This document shows positions 18,680 to 27,678 of a stretch of DNA of 64,000 nt, piece by piece. The stretch is from Planctomycetota bacterium (GTDB taxonomy: Bacteria > Planctomycetota > OFTM77), in NCBI GenBank assembly GCA_029260795.1, contig JAJDCO010000092.1:877-64876 (forward strand), written 5' to 3'. Numbering within the stretch: the first letter of the stretch is position 1; every line of letters starts with the position of its first letter. The translations under genes were made by a program, and so were the position numbers. The notes beneath the pieces are model-generated. The model made no database searches. It saw nothing but the letters and a program-made list of their open reading frames with translations, and had not been told where the DNA came from.

Positions 18680-20152
18680 ATGAAGACGCGGCACACCTTG
18701 CCCTCCGGTGAGTGGCCGACGCGCGCCGAGGCCGCGGCGAGCCGTCTCTTTTCGCCCATCACCCTCGGTCCGATCACACTGGCTCAACGCACGTGGGTGC
18801 CCGCCATGGTGCCGTGGCGGGCTTCCGCCGATGGAGAGGTCACTCCGCAGGTGCTCGCGTGGTATCGCCGATTTGCCGAGGGTCGCCCAGGAGCCCTGGT
18901 GGTCGAGGCGACCGGCGTGCGCGACGTTCCGAGCGGGCCGCTCCTGCGCATCGGGGCCGATCGTTTCGTGCCGGGACTGCGCCGTCTGGTCGAGACGGTG
19001 CGCGAGGCGAGCGGAGGGCAAACGCGGCTCCTCATTCAGATCATCGACTTCTTGCGAATCCGTCGGCGACCCGAGAAGGCGAAGTTCTTCCAGAGGTTCC
19101 TCGAGCTGACCGATCGTCACCGAGAAGCACTCTCCGCGAGCGATGGGGACGAAGGCTGGCTGGCAGCATCGGAGCATCGAGTCCGCGAGCGGCTGACCGA
19201 GCTCGAGGACTCCGTGCTCGAGGGAATCCTCAACTCTCGCGAGCTCGAAGCCTACGCCTTCGGCGCTCGCGAGCGAGTTGGGGATGTCGAGGAATCGCAC
19301 ATTCGGGAGCTGCCTCAGGTCCTCCCCGGAATCTTCGGAGCGGCCGCGCGTCGAGCTCGCGAGGCAGGCTTCGATGGCGTGGAGCTGCACTATGCCCACG
19401 CGTATACGATGGCTTCCTTCCTCTCTCGCCTCAACTCCCGGACCGATGGCTATGGCGGTTCGCGGGAGCAGCGCGTGCGTCTGCCGCTCGAGGTGTATGA
19501 GTCGGTGCGCCGTGCGGTCGGGAGCGACTGGGTCGTCGGCGCGCGCTTTCTCGGCGACGAGGTGATCGACGGCGGCAGCCGGGTCGACGACGCGTGCTTC
19601 TTCGGCGTCGAGTTCGCTCGCGCCCGCTTCGATTTCCTCTCGCTGTCCAAGGGCGGGAAGTTCGAGGATGCGAAGCAGCCCCGCGTCGGGGAGGCCGCCT
19701 ATCCCTACACGGGACCGAGCGGGCATGAGTGCATGCCGACCGTGCACATGGCGGCACCGGGCCCGTTCGGTCGTCAAGCTCCGCTGACCGCCGCAATCCG
19801 TCGCGCCGTGCGAGAAGCCGGGTTCCAAACGCCGGTCGTGATCGCCGGTGGTATCTGCGGCTTCACCCAGGCCGAAGCATTGATCGCCGAGGGAGCCGCC
19901 GACATCGTGGCGGCCGCTCGACAGAGCCTCGCCGATCCGGATTGGTTCCGGAAGATGCAGCTCGGGCGGGGAGAGGAGATTCGACGGTGCAAGTTCACGA
20001 ACTACTGTGAGGCACTCGATCAACGGCATCTCGAGGTGACCTGCCAGCTCTGGGATCGGCGGCCCCTGGTCGATCCGAATGAGTTGCTTTCGCGCGACCA
20101 CAAGCGGCGGCTCGTCGCGCCGGCTTGGTCCGACCCACAGCCCTCGCCTTGA
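18680..20152 (+). CDS. Old Yellow Enzyme family NADH:flavin oxidoreductase (FMN-dependent ene-reductase-like) with insertions
   Basis: GFDGVELHYAHAYTMASFLS...NSRTDGYGGSREQRVRLPLEV and AGGI...AEALIAEGAADIVAAARQSLADPDW are OYE TIM-barrel motifs. Starts 6 nt after the PrcB-like stop. Confidence 0.8.
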   Translation: MKTRHTLPSGEWPTRAEAAASRLFSPITLGPITLAQRTWVPAMVPWRASADGEVTPQVLAWYRRFAEGRPGALVVEATGVRDVPSGPLLRIGADRFVPGLRRLVETVREASGGQTRLLIQIIDFLRIRRRPEKAKFFQRFLELTDRHREALSASDGDEGWLAASEHRVRERLTELEDSVLEGILNSRELEAYAFGARERVGDVEESHIRELPQVLPGIFGAAARRAREAGFDGVELHYAHAYTMASFLSRLNSRTDGYGGSREQRVRLPLEVYESVRRAVGSDWVVGARFLGDEVIDGGSRVDDACFFGVEFARARFDFLSLSKGGKFEDAKQPRVGEAAYPYTGPSGHECMPTVHMAAPGPFGRQAPLTAAIRRAVREAGFQTPVVIAGGICGFTQAEALIAEGAADIVAAARQSLADPDWFRKMQLGRGEEIRRCKFTNYCEALDQRHLEVTCQLWDRRPLVDPNELLSRDHKRRLVAPAWSDPQPSP

Positions 20153-20389
20153 GCTTCCGACGTCGTTTCTGGTCGAAGTCCGGAGAGGCGCGCGCGGCGG
20201 GACGGCTCTCCCAGGGAGGACGACCTGAGCCGCGAGAGGACGGAGTGCCGAGAAAAGTGCGCTAGGCGGCTCTGGCACTAGACGATATACTACCGCCCTT
20301 TGAGTGACTCCCTCGGCTCGATCCGTCGCGTCCGGGAGCACCGACCCTGCACTTCCGCGCCTAACCCTTCGAGAGCGAATTCGCGAGTC

Positions 20390-21877
20390 ATGAACGAGAA
20401 CGCCGCATCGTCGACGGCCGGGAAGGACCATCCCGAGAACCCGCAAGAGAATCCGAGCAGCGAGACGGCTGCGAGCGGAACTCCGGTCCCCGAGACAACG
20501 CCACCCCCCGTGGCGAACGAGGCCTCGGTTCCGGAGACTTCAGCGGCGAGTGAAACGGCTCCCGCGAGCGATTCGGCTCCTGCAGCCTCGGAGGTCCCGA
20601 CCCCGCCAACCCCCTCGCCCGAGCCGAGTGCCGCTGCGGCCGCACCGGTCGCGCCCACCGGCGCCGAGCTGGCCGAGATTGACAGAGAGGTCGAGGAGGC
20701 GCTTTCGGGGCAGAGCGTTCTCGACATCGCGAAGAACGAAGGTCTCGGCAGCGAGATCGAAGGCGCGGACCCGGACGATGAGCGAGCCCGCGTCGGCCGC
20801 ATCGTCGATGCCGGCAAAGCCGATGTCATCGTCGAGTTCGGACCGCGTGAGCAAGGCATCGTACCGGCGTCGCATTTCGCGCAGCCTCCCAGCGTCGGCG
20901 TGCTGATGCGTTTCATCGTCGAGCGATTCGACGAGGAGAACGGCCTCTACGTGCTTTCGCTCAAGAAGCAGGTTCAGAAGTCGAGCTGGGACGAGCTCGA
21001 GGTGGGCCAGGTCATCAAGGCGACGGTCGTTGGCCACAACAAGGGCGGCCTCGAGCTCACGGCCTGCAACCAGCGGGCTTTCATGCCGTTCTCGCAGATC
21101 GCCCTCGAGCGAGTCGACGATCCGGCACCCTTCCTGAACCAGACCTTCGCTTGCGAGGTGGTCGAGCTCGACAAGCCCAAGAAGCGCTTGGTCCTTTCCC
21201 GGCGCATCGTTCTCGAGCGAGATCGCACCGAGACGATGAAGAAGTCGGTGGACACGCTGCAGACGGGCTCGGTGATCAAAGGGAAGGTCACTCGAATCGA
21301 ATCGTTCGGCGCGTTCGTCGACGTCGTCAACGGGGTCGAGGGCCTCGTCCACATCTCGAACCTCTCCCTCTCGCGGGTCGAGAAGGTCGAAGAGGTGGTC
21401 AAGGTCGGCGATGTGATCGACGTCAAGGTGCTCAAGATCGAGAAGGGCGGCAAGCGCATCAGCCTCGGCGTGAAGCAGCTCGCGCCCGATCCGTGGACCT
21501 CCGTCGCCGAACGCTTCACGCCCGAGCAGGCTTACAAAGGCAAGGTGACTCGCACCGCCGATTTCGGTGCCTTCGTCGAGCTGGAGCCCGGAATCGAAGG
21601 GCTCGTTCACATCTCTCAGCTCAGTGATCAGCGCGTGAACTCGGCTGCCTCGGTCGTACAGCCTGGGCAGGAGGTCACGGTGCGGGTGCTGAACATCGAT
21701 CCGGAGAAGAGGCGCATCAGCCTGACCATGCGCACCGATGCGGGCGAGCAGCGGGCGGCGAGCGACGAGGCTGACCGGGATACCGTACGCGAGTACAAGA
21801 ACCCGGCCCGCGGACAGGCGAGCCAGTCGCTCGGCGATCTCTTGCGTCGAGCGATGGATGATGGGGCTTCGAAGTAG
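20390..21877 (+). CDS. S1 RNA-binding domain protein (four S1 repeats, rpsA-like) with a long P/E/A-rich disordered N-terminus
   Basis: Four S1 cores: GQVIKATVVGHNKGGLEL, GSVIKGKVTRIESFGAFVDV...GLVHISNLS, GDVIDVKVLKIEKGGKRISLG, KGKVTRTADFGAFVEL...GLVHISQLS...RISLTMR. Confidence 0.7.
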   Translation: MNENAASSTAGKDHPENPQENPSSETAASGTPVPETTPPPVANEASVPETSAASETAPASDSAPAASEVPTPPTPSPEPSAAAAAPVAPTGAELAEIDREVEEALSGQSVLDIAKNEGLGSEIEGADPDDERARVGRIVDAGKADVIVEFGPREQGIVPASHFAQPPSVGVLMRFIVERFDEENGLYVLSLKKQVQKSSWDELEVGQVIKATVVGHNKGGLELTACNQRAFMPFSQIALERVDDPAPFLNQTFACEVVELDKPKKRLVLSRRIVLERDRTETMKKSVDTLQTGSVIKGKVTRIESFGAFVDVVNGVEGLVHISNLSLSRVEKVEEVVKVGDVIDVKVLKIEKGGKRISLGVKQLAPDPWTSVAERFTPEQAYKGKVTRTADFGAFVELEPGIEGLVHISQLSDQRVNSAASVVQPGQEVTVRVLNIDPEKRRISLTMRTDAGEQRAASDEADRDTVREYKNPARGQASQSLGDLLRRAMDDGASK

Positions 21878-22913
21878 GCGCATCGCTCTCGCGAGCGCCT
21901 GCCTCTTGCTGGCGGTGTCGACCGCGGCCTGCGACTCCGGAGACCCGGAGGACGCGGTGGCTGTCGATGCCTCGCCCGCCCCCGATCCGATCGAAGCCAA
22001 GGCGAGCGCCGAACGCGCTCGCCAGATGCTCGACCAGCAGCCGCGCGAGGCGGTGCGACTCTTCGAGCGGGCGATCGCTCACGATCCCGAGAATGCCGAG
22101 CTGCGCCTCGAGCTCGCCGAGCTCCTGATCTTTCGACTCCTCGATTCCGACGCCGCTCGCCCGCAGCTCGAGTGGCTCGATCGCCACGTGAGCTCCGAGA
22201 CCGCCAGCCGCAAGGCTCGGCTGCTGCTCGTGCGATTGGCGCTCTCCGAGAACGATCTCGACGAAGCCGCTCGTCTGGTCGCGGCCATTCGCTCGGCGAC
22301 GCGGAATGCGTCCGACGTGCTCACGCTCCACGCCGAGATCCTCGAAGCCCGCGGCGACATCACGGGCGCCCGAGCCGTCTTCGAAGAGATCTTGTCCGGG
22401 GACGACGCTCGTGCCGCTGCGCGCTTTCAACTCGGGCGCCTCCTCTTGGCCGAGGGAAATACCGAGGGTGCCCGAGAGGCTCTCGACCGCGCGGTCCGGG
22501 ACGATCCCGGGTTGGCCGCCGCTCACCTCGCCTTGGCGCGTTGCCTGAAGATCGCCGGGCAATCCGAGGCCGCCGATCGACATGCCGAGATCCATCGGCT
22601 GCTGACCTTGCTCGATTCGACTCGCCATGTCGACCGGAACGTGGGGGCGGACCGGCGGGAGTCCGCGCTGGCCCGGCTGATCGAGCTGCTTCCCACCTAC
22701 GGCGCGCCGCACTTCCGGTTGGCGAAGCACTACGACGCGACGAAGCGCACCGAGCGGGCGATCGAGGTGATGGAGAAGCTGGTCGCGGCCAAGCCGACGT
22801 CGGCGCGGCCTCTGCGGGAGCTGGCTCGGTATCAGCGCCGCGGGGGAGAGGAAGCGGCCGCCCGACGGACCGAGGAGCGGCTCGAGAGGCTCGAGTCCGA
22901 GCGCGATCGATGA
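21858..22913 (+). CDS. TPR-repeat lipoprotein
   Basis: Signal/lipobox MMGLRSRRIALASACLLLAVSTAAC. Repeated TPR-like helices (AIAHDPENAELRLELAELL, LGRLLLAEGNTEGAREALDRAVRDDPGLAAAHLALARC). Start overlaps the 3' end of the S1 gene. Confidence 0.6.
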   Translation: MMGLRSRRIALASACLLLAVSTAACDSGDPEDAVAVDASPAPDPIEAKASAERARQMLDQQPREAVRLFERAIAHDPENAELRLELAELLIFRLLDSDAARPQLEWLDRHVSSETASRKARLLLVRLALSENDLDEAARLVAAIRSATRNASDVLTLHAEILEARGDITGARAVFEEILSGDDARAAARFQLGRLLLAEGNTEGAREALDRAVRDDPGLAAAHLALARCLKIAGQSEAADRHAEIHRLLTLLDSTRHVDRNVGADRRESALARLIELLPTYGAPHFRLAKHYDATKRTERAIEVMEKLVAAKPTSARPLRELARYQRRGGEEAAARRTEERLERLESERDR

Positions 22914-24646
22914 AGCGCTCCACGTTCGACATCGGGTATCGCGTCGGTGTGGTGGTCGTGCTTCTCGCCCTCGTGATCGGGATCGGATTCCGATTCTTCG
23001 GCTTGGGGAAGATCCTGGGAGACTGGATCACACCGGACCCCGTGAAGCACAGTCGGATTTCAAGTGCCGTGCACTTCGTCGAGCGGGCCGAGGAGATCGG
23101 CCTGACGTTTCGGCACCGCAACGGCGCGACCGGCGAGCACCACATCGCCGAGACGCTCGGGAGCGGCGTCGGTGTCTTCGACTTCGATCGCGATGGCGAC
23201 CTCGACGTCTACCTGGTCCAAAGTGGCCCCCTCTTGGGTGCGGCGGTCGACCCGGGCGCGACCGATCGACTCTTTCGGAACGACTCGGGCCGCTTCGTCG
23301 ACGTGACCGAGTCGGCAGGCCTCACGAGCCCGGGCTACGGCTTCGGTGTGGCGATCGCGGATGCCGACGGGGATGGCTGGGCAGACGTGTTCGTGACGCG
23401 CTGGGGAGCCGACGTCCTGTATCGAAACCGCGGGGACGGGACGTTCGAGGACGTGACGTCGTCGGCCGGTCTGGCCGACGACGGCTTCGCGACGAGCGCG
23501 GCCTGGTTCGATCTCGAGGACGATGGCGATCTCGATCTCTATGTCTGCCACTACGTCGTCTCGGCCGACGTGAGCTCGGCGCCCTGGTGCGGTCGCCGGG
23601 ACGAAGGCCTTCGCTTCACGTGTCATCCGGGGGCCTTCCCGGCCGAGCCGGATCGGCTCTATCGCAACCGCGGGGATGGGACGTTCGAGGACGTCTCGGA
23701 GTCGAGCGGAATCGGTGGTGTGGTGCCGGGGCGCGGGCTGGGCGTCGTCGGTAGCGACATCGATCGAGACGGCGACCTGGATCTCTATGTCGCCAATGAC
23801 ACGACCGAGAACTTCCTGTTCGAGAATCGAGGCGATGGCACGTTCGCAGAGATTGGTGCTCTGGCCGGGGTGGCCTTCAATGCCTTCGGTGAGCCGGAGG
23901 CGGGCATGGGTGTCGATGCCGCCGACGTGGACGGGGATGGGCGTACCGACCTCTTCGTGACCAATCTCTCCGGGGAGACCAACTCGCTCTACCGTCAGGA
24001 GGCCGGAGGTCACTTTCTCGATCGGACCCGCGAGAGCGGGCTCGCCGAGGCGAGCGTCCAATACGTGGGGTTCGGGGCGCGCTTCTTCGATGCGGACAAC
24101 GACGGTGACCAGGACCTCATGGTGGCCAACGGGCACGTGATCGCCAACATCGAGCAGATCCAGCCCATGTACCGGTATCGTCAGCCGAACCTGTACTTCG
24201 TGAATGACGGTACGGGCCGGTTTCTCAACCTGAAGAGCTTCGTGGACGGGCCTTCGGAGCTCGAGGTGGGCCGTGGGATCGCGACCGCCGATCTCGATGA
24301 CGACGGGGACCTCGACATCCTGCTGACCAACAACGACGGTCCGGTGCGCTACCTGGAGAATCGGGTCGCGTCGGGGGACCACTGGATCGGATTCGCCCTC
24401 GAAGGGCAGCCCGGGAATCCGACCGCCGTGGGTACGCAGGTCGTGCTGACGAACGCCGGGAAGCCCTTTGTCCAGGAGGTCCGGGCTGGGGGATCCTATC
24501 TGAGCACGTCGGATCCTCGTGTCCACTTTGGCTTGGGACCTACTCCCTCCGTCGACGCCGTGACCGTCCACTGGCCGGGAGGCAAGACGACGGCGCTTCG
24601 TGATCTGGAGGTCGATCGCTATCATCGAGTGGTCGAACCCGAGTGA
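22910..24646 (+). CDS. CRTAC1-family protein (FG-GAP/VCBS repeats + ASPIC/UnbV C-terminal domain), paralog 1
   Basis: Repeated FDFDRDGDLDVY / DADGDGWADVFV / DLEDDGDLDLYV Ca-binding FG-GAP motifs. C-terminal GFALEGQPGNPTAVGTQVVL...GGSYLS...VHFGLG...VTVHWPGG is ASPIC/UnbV. ATGA overlap with the TPR gene stop. Confidence 0.75.
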   Translation: MKRSTFDIGYRVGVVVVLLALVIGIGFRFFGLGKILGDWITPDPVKHSRISSAVHFVERAEEIGLTFRHRNGATGEHHIAETLGSGVGVFDFDRDGDLDVYLVQSGPLLGAAVDPGATDRLFRNDSGRFVDVTESAGLTSPGYGFGVAIADADGDGWADVFVTRWGADVLYRNRGDGTFEDVTSSAGLADDGFATSAAWFDLEDDGDLDLYVCHYVVSADVSSAPWCGRRDEGLRFTCHPGAFPAEPDRLYRNRGDGTFEDVSESSGIGGVVPGRGLGVVGSDIDRDGDLDLYVANDTTENFLFENRGDGTFAEIGALAGVAFNAFGEPEAGMGVDAADVDGDGRTDLFVTNLSGETNSLYRQEAGGHFLDRTRESGLAEASVQYVGFGARFFDADNDGDQDLMVANGHVIANIEQIQPMYRYRQPNLYFVNDGTGRFLNLKSFVDGPSELEVGRGIATADLDDDGDLDILLTNNDGPVRYLENRVASGDHWIGFALEGQPGNPTAVGTQVVLTNAGKPFVQEVRAGGSYLSTSDPRVHFGLGPTPSVDAVTVHWPGGKTTALRDLEVDRYHRVVEPE

Positions 24647-24691
24647 GCTTCGACGATCTCTGCGTGTTCGGGCGCGAAAAGGACTGACACC

Positions 24692-26884
24692 ATGGCGACC
24701 TCGAATCCCGCTGATCGACGTTGGTTCGAAGAGAAGTGGATCCTGAGCTTACTCTTCGTGACCTTCGGCTGTGGCGGTGAGGAGCCGGGTGCGGACTCGT
24801 CCCCGAAGCTGACTGAGATGGAGCAGCGCCTGGCCAAGATCGCGCAGGAGGCGGAGGTCGACAATCCGTACTTCGAAACGGCCAGCCGAGCCGAGGCGCG
24901 AAAGGCGCTCGAAGCCTTGCCCGCCGAAGGCGCGCCCCGGCGGCGTTGGCGCGCGCTGTTCGATCTCGGTACGCACGAGCTGCGACTGGGTGAGTTCGAA
25001 GCGTCGGTCGAGCACCTCGAGGCGGCGTGGGCGCTCGCCGATCGCCCGGGCGCTCCGGTTCGTCCCGGCGAGCGCGTCCAGACGCTGTTTCTCTTGGCGG
25101 TGGCCAACCTGCGCTTCGGGGAGGTCCAGAACTGCATCGCGCGCCACACGAGCCGGAGCTGCATCTTTCCGATCCAGGGCGATGGGATCCACGTGGATCA
25201 AGCCGGTTCGCGGCGAGCGATGGAGCTCTTGCTCGTCCTGCTCGAGCGGCAGCCGAAATCCATGAGCTCCCGCTGGCTTCTGAACCTCGCCGCAATGACC
25301 GTCGGTGGCTTTCCCGACTTGGTTCCCGAGCCCTGGCGACTCCCCGACGGGGCCGTCGAGGCGGGCTTCGCGTTTCCGCGCTTCACGGACATCGCGCCCG
25401 AGCTCGGCATCAACGACAACGACCTCTCGGGCGGCGCGGTCGTCGAGGATCTCGACAACGATGGCGACCTCGACATCGTGACCTCGTCGCTGGACCCGTC
25501 CGTGCCGCTCAGCTTCTACCGAAACGACGGGGGCGGTGTCTTCGTGCAGCGTCGCAAGGAATCGGGCCTCCAGCACATTCTGGGTGGCCTGAATCTGATC
25601 CAGGCGGACTACGACAACGATGGCTGGATCGATCTGCTGGTGCTGCGCGGCGCGTGGTGGGGAAACAACGGCCGGCATCCCAACTCGCTGCTGCGGAATC
25701 TCGGCGACGGTCGTTTCGAGGACGTCACGATCGCGGCTGGGCTCGCGGATCCGGCCACTGCGACTCAAACCGCGAGCTGGGGCGACTACGACCTGGATGG
25801 CGATCTCGACCTCTATGTCGGCAACGAGTCGAACGAAGAGCATCCGTTTCCTGGACAGCTCTTTCGCAACGACGGCGACGGAACGTTCACCGACGTGGCG
25901 GCGGCGGCCGGCGTGACCAATGATCGCTACGCCAAGTCGGTGATCTTCGGCGACGCCGACGGCGATCGCTGGCCCGACCTCTACCTGTCGAATCTGTTCG
26001 GGCCGAACCGGCTGTACCACAACAACGGCGACGGGACGTTCACGGATCGAGCTGAGGCGTTGGGCGTGACGGAGCCGACCTACAGCTTTCCTGCCTGGTT
26101 CTTCGACGCCAACAACGATGGGCACCTGGACATCTTCGTCTCCGAGTACCGCACCGATGTCGAGACCTGGGCGAAGAGCTTCTGGGGGATGCCCAATGCG
26201 TCGGAGCGGAACCGGCTGTATCTGAATGACGGACAGGGTGGCTTTCGGGACGAGGCCTCGGCGTGGGGACTCACGCGCATGACGGTTTCGATGGGCGCGA
26301 GCTTCGGTGATCTCGACGGCGACGGCTGGCCGGACTTCTATCTCGGGACGGGGTTCCCCGAGTACCACGCCGTGATGCCGAACGTGATGTATCGAAACCG
26401 GAATGGGGCGGGATTCGAGGAGGTCACGATCGCAGGCGGCTTCGGGCATCTGCAAAAGGGGCACGGTGTCGCTTTCGCCGACGTCGATGGCGACGGTGAC
26501 CAAGACGTCTTCGAGCAGATGGGGGGCGCTTACCCTGGCGACACGTTTGGCAACGCCCTCTACGAGAACCCGGGCTTCGGCCACCGCTGGTTGAAGGTGC
26601 GCTTGGTCGGACAGCGCTCGAATCGCTTCGGCGTCGGCTGTCGCATCGGCATCACGATCGAAGAAGCCAACGAAGAGCGCACCGTCTGGGCGTGGGTCAA
26701 CAGCGGAGGCTCGTTCGGAGCGCGCACGCTGCGACGCGAGATCGGCCTCGGCGACGCCGAGCGCATCATCCGCCTCGCCGTCGACTGGCCTGCGAGCGAC
26801 ACGACTCAGTTCTTCGAGAGCGTGCCGCTCGATTCCTTCGTGCGTATCACCGAAGGTGAGGATGAGCTTGAGATCGTGAGGTAG
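24692..26884 (+). CDS. CRTAC1-family protein (N-terminal TPR-like region + FG-GAP repeats + ASPIC/UnbV), paralog 2
   Basis: Same FG-GAP motif series (DLDNDGDLDIV, DYDNDGWIDLLV, DYDLDGDLDLYV...). C-terminal GHRWLKVRLVGQRSNRFGVGCRIGI...GGSFGA...IGLG...AVDWP is ASPIC/UnbV. Confidence 0.75.
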   Translation: MATSNPADRRWFEEKWILSLLFVTFGCGGEEPGADSSPKLTEMEQRLAKIAQEAEVDNPYFETASRAEARKALEALPAEGAPRRRWRALFDLGTHELRLGEFEASVEHLEAAWALADRPGAPVRPGERVQTLFLLAVANLRFGEVQNCIARHTSRSCIFPIQGDGIHVDQAGSRRAMELLLVLLERQPKSMSSRWLLNLAAMTVGGFPDLVPEPWRLPDGAVEAGFAFPRFTDIAPELGINDNDLSGGAVVEDLDNDGDLDIVTSSLDPSVPLSFYRNDGGGVFVQRRKESGLQHILGGLNLIQADYDNDGWIDLLVLRGAWWGNNGRHPNSLLRNLGDGRFEDVTIAAGLADPATATQTASWGDYDLDGDLDLYVGNESNEEHPFPGQLFRNDGDGTFTDVAAAAGVTNDRYAKSVIFGDADGDRWPDLYLSNLFGPNRLYHNNGDGTFTDRAEALGVTEPTYSFPAWFFDANNDGHLDIFVSEYRTDVETWAKSFWGMPNASERNRLYLNDGQGGFRDEASAWGLTRMTVSMGASFGDLDGDGWPDFYLGTGFPEYHAVMPNVMYRNRNGAGFEEVTIAGGFGHLQKGHGVAFADVDGDGDQDVFEQMGGAYPGDTFGNALYENPGFGHRWLKVRLVGQRSNRFGVGCRIGITIEEANEERTVWAWVNSGGSFGARTLRREIGLGDAERIIRLAVDWPASDTTQFFESVPLDSFVRITEGEDELEIVR

Positions 26885-26903
26885 CGAGGCGCGGGACCGG
26901 CGC

Positions 26904-27647
26904 TCAGGTCTCGCGCAGATCGACGAGCCAGACGGGCACGTCGAGCGTCGGTAATACGGCTCCGACGAGATCGATCCACGCGCGGCACTGGTTCAAGATC
27001 ACGCGATCCGCCGTCGCCACGACGTGCTCACTCGCAGCGAGGAGCGGGTCGGGGTCGCGCACGAGCTCGACGCTCCACGGCCAATTCCTCGCCCTCGCCA
27101 CCGACTCGATCGTTTCCTTCAATCGCGCGCTGTTCGAGACGGGCCGATCGAGCAGCCAATGAGCACGTGCACATCCGACCGCGTCCAGGAGGTTGCCGAT
27201 CGCCTCGAGGGCCGGGATCGTCTCCTCGACCTGACGATAGGTGCCGTGGATCGCGGCCAGATCGCGATGAGAGCCGTCGCGCGTGACGAGAACGACGCCA
27301 CCACTGAGAGCGGTCTCTAGGCTGGTCAGGATGTTGTAACCGTCGATGTCGAGTGGTTTGTCGACGAGGCGCTCGAACGAGATTCGGCGTTGCAGGCGCG
27401 TGGCGGCATCCTCATCGGAGGCCGCCACGCTCGAAACGGACTTTCGCTGCCGCTGCGTGAGCCGAAACCGATCCCCGACGAGCTTCAGCGCCGCCGCGTC
27501 GGGATAGCCCCGCGACTGCAGCCAGCTGAGGTCATGGACGGACTCGCAAAGGCGTGAGAGCATTTCCGGCGCGAAGGCCTGCGCGTCCTCCGGCGCGGGC
27601 CCGCGATGACGTCGACGGTCGGGCATGCGCCGCAGTGTAGCGGTCAC
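26904..27647 (-). CDS. NYN/PIN-like domain protein (DUF434/DUF5616-like), standalone
   Basis: PLDIDGYNIL...GGVVLVTRDG resembles the NYN (YacP/Rae1-like) LxVDGYN core. About 247 aa, no neighbours of obviously related function. Confidence 0.4.
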   Translation of the reverse strand: MTATLRRMPDRRRHRGPAPEDAQAFAPEMLSRLCESVHDLSWLQSRGYPDAAALKLVGDRFRLTQRQRKSVSSVAASDEDAATRLQRRISFERLVDKPLDIDGYNILTSLETALSGGVVLVTRDGSHRDLAAIHGTYRQVEETIPALEAIGNLLDAVGCARAHWLLDRPVSNSARLKETIESVARARNWPWSVELVRDPDPLLAASEHVVATADRVILNQCRAWIDLVGAVLPTLDVPVWLVDLRET

Positions 27648-27678
27648 TCACTCTCGAGAGAAGCCGGTCGACGGATGG

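Noticed and set aside
20390-21877. Calling the S1-domain protein ribosomal protein S1 (rpsA)
   Set aside because: Only four S1 repeats and a long disordered N-terminus. Bona fide RpsA usually has six. Left as an S1-domain protein.
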